This document shows, one piece after another, positions 36,301-49,804 of a stretch of DNA of 64,000 nucleotides (within the stretch, counting starts at the first letter, position 1; each line of letters begins with the position of its first letter). The stretch is taken from positions 13,600,101 to 13,664,100 of the forward strand of contig NC_092677.1 in assembly GCF_964355755.1 (NCBI RefSeq). Direction: 5' to 3'. Made by a program: the position numbers and the translations under genes. Source of the DNA: Antedon mediterranea. Taxonomy: Eukaryota > Animalia > Echinodermata. The notes below the pieces were generated by a model. That model did not search any database and was not told the origin of the DNA. It saw only the letters and a program-made list of their open reading frames with translations.

Positions 36301-39300
36301 AGTAATCAATTTAATGCAGTTAGTAATCAATTTAATGCAGTTAGTAATCAATTTAATGCAGCTAGTAATCAATTTAATGCAGCTAGTAATCAATTTAATT
36401 TAGTTGTATCTAACTGGGTACCCATTTATAACCTGGGTGGAGCGAGGCAAACGTAATGAAAGTAAGGATACAAGCAATGCGGCAGAGTTGGATTCGAACC
36501 GCGATCTCTCGATTAGTAGTCCAACACACTGCACCACACACCCTTACATAATTAGCTTGACTAAATGTCGCAATGTACAATTAGCCGTCTCACTGCAAGA
36601 ACTGAGCATTTCAGTTTTATTAGCAAGTATGTAACCAATCAATATTATATTAAGAAGTTATACAAAATAAATTATTAGATTGACTAAACATTTAAAAAAT
36701 GTAGTAGGATCATTAGGCCTATCTAAAATGTAAAGAAATTTAATTAAATTATAAATAATTATAGACAAAATTAATAATAAATGCAGTACATTAAGTTAGA
36801 GAAGGGATTTGAAATTTTAATAATTTGAAGGCATCTAGATCAAATGTAATGTGACATTTTTTAACCTATTTTTAGAATATCCTGTCCATGAATTAAAAGA
36901 TCAAACTCAATTTCTGGTGAATTACTTGGCCAGCAGAAAGCGTCCAGTAGAAGACACGGAACTACGCAAGCACGCCATCAAACCTGAAAACGAATTTGCC
37001 ACAAACAGTAAACCAAACCATTTTATTTTTAGGAAAATATCTAAACTATTTTTTGTAGCTGTAGCTTTGTGGTTAATCTGCTTGCCTTCCAATTCAATTG
37101 GCCAGGGTTCAATCCTGACCTAGTGTCAGGGTTCAATCCTGATCTACTGCAGTGTACAAGGTTCAATCCTATTTTTATAGGTTTATCCATCTTGTAATAT
37201 TGGTATGTTTCTCATTTTTTAATTCATATAAATAAAACAAATTTAATTTATTTATTCTTAAAAATAAAAATAATTCCCTTCTAGAAAATGAAAATAAAAT
37301 AACATGTTATTGGATTGAAACATTATGTTAATTGTTATTTTTATTTAAGTAATCATTTCTGGGATATTGTTAGATTTCTTTAGGCGAAAATTTAAAATAA
37401 TAGACACATCATCATGTTTTTTACTCCATTTTCCAGATGTGAGTTTTTCAATTGTTTTTTTAACTATTACTACAGGCAACAGCGATTATATACCTGACAG
37501 ACCAAAAGATATAAAGAAACGAAAAACAATTGTGATGAACAAGTTAAAAAGGAGCATATACCACTGGCAAACAATAACGTAAGTTGTTAATATGCTAGAC
37601 TAAAAATAATACTCTTATATATTACCCCGTCATATTTTCGATCAAACATGTCTGGAAAAATACTCCCATATTTATGCAGCTAGTAATCAGCGCAATTGTG
37701 TTTCGACCTTACCACCAAGTACCTATTTAAACACGTGGGTGGAGAGAGGCCAACGAGTAATGCCTATTGAGTTGAAAGTTATTCTGCCGATGCTCAGAAA
37801 TATATGAGCATGTACAGAATGACTTTTAGACTCGATAATCACAATTTTTTTTTTGGAGTAGTGGTACATTGCAAATATGTTTGGGCTTTCTTAGGTTCTA
37901 ATGCTAATAAAACTGTTACTGTTTATTTAAATTTAGTTACAATGAAATGGTTAGTGTTGCTTATCTGATGGGAAGATTTGCCGCCAATTATGCTGCTATA
38001 TACAGGGCATTCAATGAGGTTTGTCAGTTGAAACAATAGCTTGGCACACCCACTCTTTAGCAACATTTCAAGAAAGACAAAGACACCCACAGCAATATTT
38101 CTATCTGTAACTGTATCGCAAAAAGACGTGGTTAAGACAGGCGCTTCAAACCATACCGTAGCTATATACAATTGGCACAGGTTCGAGTCACCCTTTGACC
38201 ATTGTTCTGGTAGTAGAACAAGTCTTCTCGGATAAGGACTGGAGGTCCAGTGTACATATCTGGCTTGTGCACTCTAAAGAACCCAGTTCATCTTTCGGAA
38301 GTACTGGGTTCATTCAGGTCCTGTCGTTGTGGACAAACGAACAGGCGGCGTTTATGGCAGCACTTGACACGAAGGGACCCTAATAGTGGAGAAGAAAGTT
38401 ACACACTGTGCGCAATTCAGCCCAGTTACTGTAGGCTGTAAGTCACTACTAAGTTACTAAATATTATAAAATACATATATTTATGATTTCAGATAAAACA
38501 GAGAGAGCCAGATTTTTTCCCAGAGGCTATACTTGACTTCGGTTCAGGATTATGTACGAGTGTTTGGTAAGTGAAATTACTCAGCACTAAAGGTTGAATT
38601 GCTTAGTGGAGTTTTCAATACTTCATCCACAGTATATAAAAATTATGATCATTTTCATCAAAAGCACACAAAACATTTGTAAAAACAAGGCCATATACAT
38701 GGCTGCAGTGACCAAACGACCGACGTAGAGTCTCGTTGCACGCGACTAAAGACTGGCTGGGTATGCATCCGCGAAACAGAAATTTGGTAATCGCCATGGC
38801 ACAGTATTTTTAAATTTTATCCTTACATGACAAAATGAAGGGTTTTGGATTGCAATTTTTTCATTTCTATGTTTTAACACACACTTTAATAGTAGTAGTA
38901 GTAGCAGTAGCAGTAGTCACTTCAGGATTTGCTATAGTCACTTCCATTATTCAGTCTCTCTCTCTCTCTTTACGCCCTTTCATGGCTGCCTACTTCAAAC
39001 TTATTGAGTGTGGGTAACTATATAACATAATAATTTGCCTCTTGTGACCCACAATCAGTTATGCCTCGTAGCCCAGAATGGTATTAAAGTCCTTATTTGA
39101 CCAATACTTGTCCAACTTTAATTTAATTTTAAACACTTTCACGGATGTTGCGTTTAAATGATTGATTATTCTCAAACTAAACAAAATATTTTCTAAGCAG
39201 TAACATAGTAGTTCAAATTATTACTTTATACACTAACTCCATCATGCGATCACTTTACAGTACAGTGTATAGGTAAAGGCAAGCAGTAACAGTAAGCAGA

Positions 39301-42300
39301 AAATCGCGTAGCTTGTCCCGTGTAGAATCTGTATCTATTCTAAGTGGAAACCACCTGTCCGTTCCGCGTTTTGTGTAAATGGTCAAAAAGAATAACATAG
39401 ATTCTACATTTTTATTACCGTTGCTGCTCGTCTGTGTAAATTGGCTTTTCGTTTAATACCAGACGCCTTATTTTAACTTGTGTTGCCTGTGTAATTAGTT
39501 ATTATATTATTATTATTATTATAAAATATTATTAACTGTTTTTTTAGGGCTGCAGAGGCAACATGGGATAACAAGGTAAAGGAATACATGTGCATTGATA
39601 TATCCAAACACATGCACGCTGTTGCCGATGCATTACTACGAGATGGTGATGAAAATAGAGAACGAACAGTACAGAATGTTTTCCAACGACATTTTATTCC
39701 ACTTTCACCTCAGGTAATTTTCAAAGAGTGATCATCCACTCTCCTAATACCCAACGCCCTTGCTCAATATCTCTGATTTTCCAGAAATGTTGGTATTTTT
39801 AATGCGTTTTCAATGGTAAAAACAAATTTAGGGCTCACGATGTTGGAGATTTTCGGAGAATCCAGTATTGTAAAAGTTAACTGGAGCTTGCTAAGTTGTA
39901 TTGTAGAAAATAAGATTGATTGTAGGACCAATTGACAGACTATAATGATAATTAATAATATTAAAACGGAGAATTTCAAATGTTCACTGTATAAGAGATA
40001 AATTGAGACTGTAAATTGTTTTAGCCATGCATGTGTATTGTTAAAGCTTGGTACCACTGATGCAACGTAAGTAATTTGACCAATCATGACACGATGGATC
40101 ATCACCTGCATAGTCCCGTTGCAGTTGGAACAAATCTTTCTATTACAAAACAGATATACAAAACATGATAATAATAATAATAATAATAATAATAATTTAT
40201 TCGGAAAACGCTTTTTGATATCAAGTATCACATACTGGATACACAAACAGGGTGTAAAGATTGTGGTTACTGAAAGAAGATTGTTTTAAGCCTTCTCGCC
40301 TTGTAGATTTGCTTGCCCTGTATTCTAGCAATTTTACTGCTGGTCTTTGTAGCCTATGAACCCCTGGCTACAGGATCAAAAAAATAATATTAACATTTTT
40401 TATATGGTGGTCTTTACAGCAAAACTACAACATTGCTATATCAGCATTCTCTTTACTGGACTTGCCAACAAAATCCGAAAGAATAAGTACCGTTAGAAGG
40501 CTGTGGAAAAAGACAGACGACTTTATGGTGATCATAGAAAATGGTTCGAGAGAGGGTTTTAAAACTGTTAACGAAGCACGAGATCTGATACTCGGCTTAG
40601 CTAAGCCTTTAGGCAAAGACAAAGAGGGCGATATTGAGAATGGTTATGTGTTTGCTCCCGTAAGTTGTACGATTTCTTGTGTGAGGATAAATTGAAGTAG
40701 AAAAAATACCACTCATGGTAGACACTGCACTGTGGCCCCTATGGGAGCATAGCGTAACCTAAAAGCAATAAAGTAATCGGTATCTGGACTGACTGGAGAA
40801 AATAAATGGGCTGCAATTGATACACAATTTACACAATGTACAGTATGACAAATTGTTACATCTTATCAACGCTTTTATTTTACATAATTTGTTTGTCACT
40901 GTTTATGCAAGTGATGTGTACAAACCACGCATTATGCATGTGTATACCGCTGTGGTACGCAGACTTACTAAGATTTTATTCACACGTTTGTACTAAAGGT
41001 AAAAATTTGATGTAATACGTTATATTTGTATGTGTGAATCTGGTAGTCCAACATTGAAATTCTTTAAAACTTCAATATTAACTGTTATTCCTCTCCAGTG
41101 TCAGCATGATTTAAGCTGTCCAAAAACCACATCAACCAAGGAAAACATTGAGCCATGTAATTGTGTCCAGGAATACAAGCCAATCAAAGAGAGCAAGGTC
41201 AAATCAAATTCACTAAGAGAGAGGTTTTCTTACGTGATTCTTCGCAAAGGAGCGAGACAGAATAGGGCAGGCAAGTTTCGCAAAGGTTTTTCCATTTAAA
41301 AAAAGTTACAAATTGACTACATAATCAGTGTAGAACTTAGAACCTACAAATGTTTTGTGCGAACCATCATTTTTTAACCGCAATAAACATACAGTACCAA
41401 GCAAGTGTTTGTACTTTTTCATTGAACCAACATAACATACTTTCAATGACGTTCATCATAATTACCTACTAATAATTTCTTCTCAACAGATGGCCATTGG
41501 CCAAGATTAGTAGAACCAGTAATTCAGAGGTCAAGACATGTCATCTGCAACCTGTGTTGTGCGAACGGTCAGTTACAAAGACCAGTAATAACGAAGACAA
41601 AGCATGGAAAGTAAGTTGCAAGAACTGGCAAATATATATCGTAGTTTAAATTACATCAATTAGCCAGTGGTGGATTCAAAGGGTGGGATCGCCAGCTGGT
41701 CCCTTAAAATATACAAAATAAAACAATACGCAAGTATATGAATTAAGCACCACATTCACACTGAAAATGCAACCTCAACGCAAATGAAAACCTAGCCCTA
41801 TGATCGATCAAACAATCTGCAGTTAAAAATGGATATATATATAATCACTTTGATGATTGCAGGCATGCTACATGGGAGGGAGTGTCATCTGCCAACTAGA
41901 GGTGTCATCTATCACAAATTTTATGTGCGAGAGTACCATTTCCGACCATCTAGGGGTTTCGTTTCACTAAATTTGCTTCCATATATGCCCAATAGGGGGT
42001 CTGTAGCTTAAATACTCAGTGTGCCATTTCTATGCCCAGGTCCCCCTGAATTTCAAAGTCCTGGATCAGCCCCTGTTACCAAATTTTTAAAATTTTGGGC
42101 CTGTTGAGGTTTGGTTGGTTAAGTTACCCACTAAGATGGCTTCATGGGCCAATTATATATATTGACAAATGCATTCATTCTCTAGAAGACGGTTGTAACA
42201 TATCAACTCAAATATGGAGACATTCTCAACCATACTTTTTTGCATTTAGAAACACATAGTGTACCACAAATCTAACTTCACTTCACAAATTCAAATACTC

Positions 42301-42432
42301 TTTTTTTTTTCCAGAGATCTATATCGTTGCACACGCCATTCAAATCAAGGAGATCTTCTACCAATAAGCCACCCCGACACATTGACTGACCCTCCCTCTG
42401 AGGGAGAGGGTCAAGAATTCACTGGACAGTAA
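33350..42432 (+). CDS. METTL17: Mitochondrial small-subunit assembly factor METTL17 (Rsm22 family), 11 coding exons, ~493 aa
   Basis: Exons (+): 33350-33472, 34462-34612, 36876-37007, 37476-37578, 37937-38018, 38493-38566, 39548-39713, 40420-40659, 41099-41270 (GC donor), 41490-41610, 42315-42432 (1482 nt). Motifs: HRKHPGILK..VQLP, LVNYLASRKRPVE, YHWQ, ILDFGSG, LWKKTDDFMVIIENG, VFAPCQHDLSCP, WPRLVEPV..HVICNLCC, DLYRCTR..GDLLP. The N-terminus ends RYSTA, presequence-like. AATAAA at ~42483. Confidence 0.93.
35380..36545 (-). mobile_element. SINE family B copy containing an internally expanded 21-bp minisatellite
   Basis: The flanks are the reverse complement of family B (tail AATAATATCCTGGATTTATATAGCGCC; GGTACCCATTTATAACCTGGGTGGAG; B-box-like GGATTCGAACC). 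Confidence 0.75.
35492..36399. repeat. 21-bp minisatellite TAATGCAG(C/T)TAGTAATCAATT, ~43 copies
   Basis: A near-perfect array varying only at one C/T position. It accounts for the spurious ORFs 35419-36456, 35428-36393 and 35495-36403. Confidence 0.97.
36561..36667 (+). pseudogene. Degenerate duplicate of the 3' half of METTL17 exon 2 plus its splice donor
   Basis: Encodes KCRNVQLAVSLQELSISVLLA|GTATGT versus KCRNVQLPVSLQESITVLLA|GTATGT at 34549-34618. The downstream intron motif TTAAGAAG.TATACAAAA is also copied. Confidence 0.8.
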
Positions 42433-43832
42433 TAATGTAGATGTTAGGCCTAGCACTACAATTGTTTTTTTTTGTGCGTGTAAATAAAGAAGATATGAAT
42501 AAAACTTATTCTGCAAAGGAAATGTAGAAAATTGCTTTGTTTTAAATTTTCAAATGAAGTGAAAGGAATTTAACCACATCACTTCATTTAAATAATGAAT
42601 CGAGTACAAATCGTTTAATTAACCATTTAATACAGATGATGAAAAATATAATATATCCGTATGTCCCTTAGTTAAACTTACACTTGCTGTGTAAGGAAAA
42701 TGTTGGTGTAGTGTCTGTAACACATTAAGGCAATTTGTAGGCTAGCGCAGTGGCATAACAGCTGAGCGCTTATTGGCTAAACCCAGGAGGCCCCAGAGCA
42801 ATGTCCAGATGAAAATAATAATATAATATAATAAAATATGTCGAAAAGGGCTAAAAACGTCCGAGAGGACTCGTGCCTTTGCGTTATGCCACTGGGCTGG
42901 CATAGGTATTATGACACAGGACAACAACATTATTGCCGTGTCCAATCACATCATACATCATAGCTTTGGAGTTGAAAACCTCTAAGGTTTGTTCAATTCT
43001 TTTGATTGTGTAAATGTGAAATGAACTGTAAATGAACAGCGTGGAACGAACAAACAGTTCAATTACATTTATGACCCTACAAAAAATCACTCCATACACG
43101 TTTACCATAAAACCAAATAGGTGATCGTGGAATGATCTCATTCTACTCTGTGTAAACGCATTTAAAACAGCACAGAAAAACACTTGTGAACAATGGTTTA
43201 AGGAAATTTTTGACACCACAAATACATTTATTCATTAATAAATCTGGCTGGCTGTGAGGAATGAAACTTTATACCATTTACACTATTTTACAAAAGGTTT
43301 TGCTGACAAAGACAGGCCTGCAACATATACCCACTGGAATACCATTACCCTATGGCTTAATAAAAAAACATCTCAATAATATCTCTGACAACTCTCTTTT
43401 ATATATTTAGATCTCATGATAGTATTATACAGCATAGGCCTTTAAAATAAAGTAAATATGATTTAGTGTGGAGTTTGCAGGTGTTAATGATTTAAAAAGC
43501 AAAAAGGTTACAGCCTGGTTTCAACTTTAACGCAAGTGAGTTGACCAATCACAAGAGACTGTTTGGATGATCCTTGTGGGAACCAAGCTTAAGCTGCTGT
43601 ACTTATACTATCATGCAACTATCTTTTTAAAGCTCAAATATAACAGAAAATATAAATATTGGTGGTTTAACATATTGAACAGAAAATCAGTTCAGTTAAT
43701 TGGTCAGATATTTGTACTACTACTGATTCGAGTCCCACTAAGAATTACTTCTCATATGTACTTAGTATGAAGTGGTCATTCTAATCGATGTCTGGTAAAA
43801 TGTAATTAAGTATATGCTAACATCATTTTTAA

Positions 43833-44172
43833 AGATATATTGTCCCCCTAAAAAAATCTTTTTTTTTAATTTTTTTGTTGAATATGTTATTTTAATGTCA
43901 CATAATAGTTATTCACTCTCACAAAAAATTGGGTCTGAAAAAATTTTATTTACCTGAGAAAAATGTAATTTAAAGCAAAAAAGGTCAAATTGTCTGGAAG
44001 ACAATGAGTTTTTGGGTTTTTGTTTATTTTGTCTTTTTATAGGTGAAATAATTTTTTTACCCCGTTTTTTTTCTTATGGAAGTGAACAACTTCATTAAAA
44101 CTGCAAAATGGCCTATTCAAAGTCCGATTTTAAAAATCTTTATTTTTCATGATTTTGGGGGACAATACATTT
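43833..44172. mobile_element. TTAA-flanked Kolobok-like MITE (same family as 25841-26186)
   Basis: TTAA|AGATATATTGTCCCCC ... GGGGGACAATACATTT|TTAA, with an internal sequence colinear with the 25841 copy. Confidence 0.8.
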
Positions 44173-45550
44173 TTAAAGTTATTTGGATATTAAGTAGTAA
44201 AAGAACTGCCAAAAGTGATTAGGTTTAATTTAAAATCGAAGACAACATAAGGTAAATTCACATCATCTACCATGCGCTGCCAGGCTAGTTATTGTAAATT
44301 CTATTTTAATTCTTAACCTGTTTCTGGTAGAAAATATAAATTAAATTTTAAATTGGAACATGTTGATTAACAATTCTATGTCATAAAACCCTACCTAATG
44401 CTATCAGGCATGCAGTAGGATAGTATGACCTTACATAACCTTAAAAGAGCATGCCACCCTGCAGATAGCTACAAATACGCACATCTATAAACATTATTTG
44501 TAACATGCATTAACATATTTAAAGCACCTATATAACGACACATTGACAATGTCTTCAAAAACTAAATAATGGTTAAAATAAATGTGTAAAAATTAAATGA
44601 CAACAATGTTAATAATGAAAACACTCAATAACATAACTAAATAATGTTAATATTAAATGACAATATAATAATGCAATACGTAAATATTAATTCTCAACAA
44701 CACATCTAAATAATATTAATATCAAATGATAAAATGTTAATAATGTAATAAGTAAAATTACTTCTCAATAAAGTAATTATAGTTGAAATAATGGTTAATA
44801 TTCAAATAAAAGTTGTTTAAAATATGCAAATTGCTCATATATAACGTAACTAAACAAAATAACTAAATAATATGAAAACACAACTGTTAATAAATTCAAT
44901 ATGTAAAACTTGACTTCATAATTTTGAAACAATGATAATAACGAACATTGTAACTTGTTAATAATGTTGAATTAGTATAATACCATCAACTCTCTCAATA
45001 CTGAACTGTCTGAAAACTGGAAACTCTCCCCAAACCAGACTTTTTAGATGTCCAAAAGGTCCCAAAGTATTTTTTCCATTAAAAACACATTTTGAATACC
45101 ACAAAATCAGACATATTAGGCTAGCCAAAGGGTGTTCAGTATTGGTAAAGTTGACTGTACTGTATCTCTTAAAAATGTAACAAATTATTGATAAATTTAA
45201 TAATGGTTTAAAAAATCCAATAAGTAATTCTAGGCAACAACCAGGGGCGGATCCAGGACAGGGGAGCACTAATAACACATAATATATAGTCTATAAAAAA
45301 TAAGGTATCAAAAAGTAGTTTATAATTTCATTTTCTCTGTCAATAACAGGAATGTGTGCCCCAAGCGCAACCTTCCTGGATCCGTCCGTGAAAACATGGC
45401 TTTCTCAGGAAGCATGCTTTTGACGCACCACTATAAAATGGCCTACCAACACCCTTACACTAGATTTTCTTTACCAATAAAATTTCTATACAACTTGTGT
45501 TTTCGCATGTTTTACTATATCTATATTCAAGCACGTTGGACGTTTTGTGT

Positions 45551-48500
45551 TTAGGACGTCTGCATAGCCTTGTTGTCGCGGTAAATCACAAGTTCATGTA
45601 TGGTGGCCGCATGCTTGATTAGTTGCCAGGCTGTATGGGTGATTTCATCACAAATGCTGCACTGCCAGTCATCGGGTTCTACAAATATTTAAAAAAAATA
45701 TTTACAGTTACAAAATATTAAAGAACTGAATTTTTAAATCCCACGTTGCTCGTCCACTATTAAGAAAGATTTGTTTATTGGTACGGGTCAAGTACTTACC
45801 ATCAACTTCATCTTTCTTTCTTTTGGCAGGTGGTCCTGGGGTCGGGTGGATAGGGAGTAAATTTGGGTCTACATAGCCACTAAAAAATACAAAAACAAAA
45901 TATAAAGTTCAATTTACAGTCGAGCGGTAGCGGTAAGCGAAAAAAAATGCGTAGCTTCTCCCACGCAATGAGAAAAAGTAAATTACACACAAAGACACAA
46001 ACCCATGTTATTTTTATATTAAGTATTTTTTTGGTTTACATTAGGACATGTTACAATATAGCATTTCAGCATGTGTACTCGGCTTTTGTGGGGGAACGGC
46101 ATGTTACAATATAGCATTTGATCATACGTGTATTTAGCTTCATCCTGCACTCTCTTGAATCCTTTAGGTCGTTCTCGGTCTGGTTCATTTGCGATGTGTA
46201 AATCTGCATAAAAAAAATATTATTGAACAAATTTTATATTTCTTATTAGATATCTTGAGATTTTGAAACTCACCCTTGTATATATTTATAAACCAGAAAC
46301 TACACCCAATACAAAATAGCATCAGCAATTCAGTACACCTCTTTTGCAAACTATGTATAGTTCTTGCCTTCAGCACTAATGCTTGGTTCCCACTAGAGAT
46401 GCAACACAAGAACGTATCGCACCGTAAGTGATTTTACCAATCACGGACGATGCATTATTAAAACAGTCATTGGTCAACTCACTTGTGTTGTATCTACTTC
46501 CTTACGTTGCATCTCTAGTGGGAACCAAGATTAATTATTGAACGTCTTGTTCAAAGAATGTGGTTGGCAACAAGAGTTAAAATACCTGGCTTGAACCCAT
46601 GCCTTTCTATCCACAGGTCAGCTTCCTACTACAGGATTATCTTGCTGACTGAGTTAATCTAATAAAAGAAAAGCATTTCTTTACAACATACCTAAAGGCT
46701 GGCTTGCAAGGATGCGGCCATGTTCTTTTCGTTTCGCATCCATAGCATCTTCTGGCTTGCAGAACTGCACAAAGCCAAAGCCTTTGTGTAATGATATTCC
46801 TGTGATCTTGCCATACTGGCTGAATATGTGCTCAACATTTTGTCTTGTTACAAGGCCAGTGTTAAGGTTGCCAATGAATAACCGAGAAGCGAGGTCATTG
46901 GGATGTGTGCTGTTGGTCAGGTTGCCAGGCGAGTTACGGTCAATAATATTCTGTAATGCTCCCATCATACCTCCTAGCCGTCCAATGCCATTACTGAGAG
47001 AGAAGTATATTCATGTAAGAACTGTCAGTACTACAAAATACTTAACGAGCGAGGGAATCTATTAAAGTAGTTTTGCCCAACTCTTGATTTAAGTGAACAC
47101 ATTTTGCATGTTGACCTTTGTTTCCAGGTCAAGTGTTCAGAATATTTGGCACAAATATTTTAGTTAGACAAAACATCTGGCTATTGCATTTTATGTTATT
47201 GCATTAGCCACTTGAGTTAAAAGTATATGAATGGTACTATCTAGTCTACTGAAACTACTTCTAATATTAATTGTTTTTAACCAATAAACAGCTTACAGAT
47301 ATGCATTTATTCACATCAAGAATGTGCTCTTACCTGCATGTTTAAAACATTTCACAGGGCCCGGGTAAAAAAAAACTTTAAAACAATTTATTATTTCAAA
47401 ATAAAACAATAAAAGCATTGTGTTAATTAAACTAAATTTAATTTGGGGAAGAATTCTGGTTTAGGCAAATTTTCTGGTTTTTAGATAGTGGACTAATTTG
47501 GAATTGTGATCATTTTATTGAATTTACTTTTTTATTTTTTGGACATGGTCAACCCACAGTCTATTTAACCCAATTCTATATCAAAATTACCTAAACATTT
47601 TAATTAACTTGAGGGATTCTATGATGTAGAATAAGTAATAACGTAACTTCACAAATAACTTAATGCAAATCAGCGAAAACCATGAGCAGGTCTTGTATCT
47701 TTCAAAGACACCTCTAATTATGTACCAAAACATGAGGGCATGTAGCGCAGTGTGTTGTACACTGATACTGATCTTGAGATCGTGGGTTGGAATCCAATGC
47801 TCATTGCATTGCTTGCAAGATAATTAACTTCAGATTGCCTCTCTCCACCCAGGTGTACAAATGGGTACCTGGTAAGGTCAAGACACAACTTTGTGCCGAT
47901 TATTAGCTGCATTATGGCAGTATGTTTCCATATGTGTTTAATAATAGGTACAGTGCTTTATAAATCTTTATAAAAGAAATTGCTGAGATTGAGATATATG
48001 CAATATTTTGTTCCTTTATGAGAATTGCCAAAAACCTTAAAATCTGATTACCCTAGTTGTGTAAATATCTGAATCAGACTCCGGAAAAACAGCATCATAT
48101 TGTATGAACAGCATTAAAATGAATTTCATAACATTTCTTTTTTGAAAGAGCCATAGCGTAAAAAATGGAGTACTTATTCCGATGACGTCATGACCAGGCT
48201 GCTTGTCAACAAGCAGTCAAGTCAGTTGATAAAGATCTATGATAGAGTTTGAAACGTTTGAGAAAGTACTCAGTTTTTTTTACACTATAGCTCTTTTATA
48301 GTATTATAATGATTAATGCACGAGTTCTTCACTCACAAATATTTCATATTTTATTACTAATGAGACTGCATAATTTCTTTCATTGGCATTTCTCACATAG
48401 GACAAAAAATATGGCGACATGTTTGGTTTAAAACTTACTACTGTTCCATTTGAACTTCAGGTTCTGGAGTCCTATTAGAAATGTTGAAACTAATATGTAA

Positions 48501-49804
48501 GGCATTTTTATAAAATTGACATATTAATAATTGAAATATTATTATTAAACAGATTTAAGCATAAAAGTAGATTGTTACTATATTCTTTGAAAGTGACGAA
48601 ATCAATATGTTGATATAAAGTTTGCGGTACACCACATATTTTTTTCTTTTCTAGTTTCTTGACATTTCGATCAATATACTTCAGTAGTCCTTGGAGTATT
48701 GATTAAAACATTGAGAAACTCAACAGTTCTTTTCAGAACCAAATATACATGGTGTACCGCAAACTTAGGATTAACATAGATCGTTACTGTTACGGATTTA
48801 GGAGACAGTGGATTTCTATCATCGGTAAACCAGTGGCTCCAGTGTCACATCTCTGATTTTGAATCACATGTACCTTGATTGGTTTAATGAAAATGTCCAA
48901 AATTTCAGTTCAAAATTTGCAATAGTTCAAAAGTTACATTACAAAAGTGCCACGCCCATCTCTATTTGGGATAAATGTGATTACATTTTCAGCAAAATCA
49001 GAGATGAGGACCCTGGAAATTTCTGTTAAATTGGTTGATTTGGCATGGAATGACACAGTATCCAAACTGGCTTTTTTTTTACCAAGACCAAGTGAAGCAG
49101 ATTTTAATCAAATGAATTCAAATTCACTGAGAGGCAATTATCAAACAAGTGTAGTTTACGTATTGCTATGGATAATTTACTTTATAATGGGCACTTCCCA
49201 ATAACTGCATATCAAAGCAAAATTTTATTAGACACAAAACTTGACAGAAACAACTAACATGTTAAACATACATTATTCACAAGAAGTAAATGAGGGATGA
49301 CCATGTCCAAAAGTTAAAGAAAGAGTATAGATGAACAACATTTAAAATGCTTTGTGTTTAATTTGGAACTACATACAAAAGAATGATATGTTGTGTTAAA
49401 ATATCAAAAGTGAATATTAAAAAATAAAGATTTTAAATAATAAGATTTTATATTTTTCATATTTAAAAATAATGCATTACACAGATTGTTCCATTTTATT
49501 CAGAGGAAAATGTATCTATTTATTAATGGAAGTATAGGATAGAAATCCTTCGTAGTTTACAGACAACTTTGTCCCAGAATCTTTAGGCTGGGATGTAAAT
49601 TTCATCCACAAACCAAAAGATTAAAAGTGAGCATGGGAGGTAGAGAGCAAACTTGATTGTTGGGTGGGTCTGCTCTGAATCTCTCTCAACACTACAAGTT
49701 GGCACCGGTTCCACCCAATGGAATACCACACCTAATCTTTTCCACTGTTTCTGTTACAATACCTACCCAATTCCTTGACCATTTGGTGTTGGTTGATGCT
49801 CCAT
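45551..49804 (-). CDS. hnRNP C/RALY-like RRM protein with C-terminal C2H2 zinc finger, paralog B (~207 aa)
   Basis: Exons (-): 49767-49804 (MEHQPTPNGQGIG; least certain), 46692-46993 (NLTNSTHPNDLASRLFIGNLNTGLV..ISLHKGFGFVQF..ILASQPL), 46128-46203 (DLHIANEPDRERPKGFKR), 45800-45879 (GYVDPNLLP..PPAKRKK), 45551-45678 (EPDDWQCSICDEITHTAWQLIKHAATIHELVIY..*). Total 624 nt, all GT-AG, in phase. Confidence 0.85.
47735..47965 (+). mobile_element. SINE family B with Nin/Deu-like core
   Basis: tRNA-like head (TAGCGCAGTGTG..GGTTGGAATCC) and core CCTCTCTCCACCCAGGTGTACAAATGGGTACC, resembling the Nin/Deu SINE domain. Confidence 0.7.

Noticed and set aside
35419-36456. Three overlapping 300+ aa heptad-repeat ORFs; superficial CRISPR-like or coiled-coil appearance
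   Set aside because: A pure 21-bp tandem repeat inside a SINE, with no unique spacers, no cas genes and a eukaryotic intron context.
46586-46658. Exon-like segment (AG..CAG|GTATTT, minus strand) just after the paralog B RRM exon
   Set aside because: The implied intron is only ~33 nt and the segment has an immediate stop. The homologous next exon is at 46128-46203.
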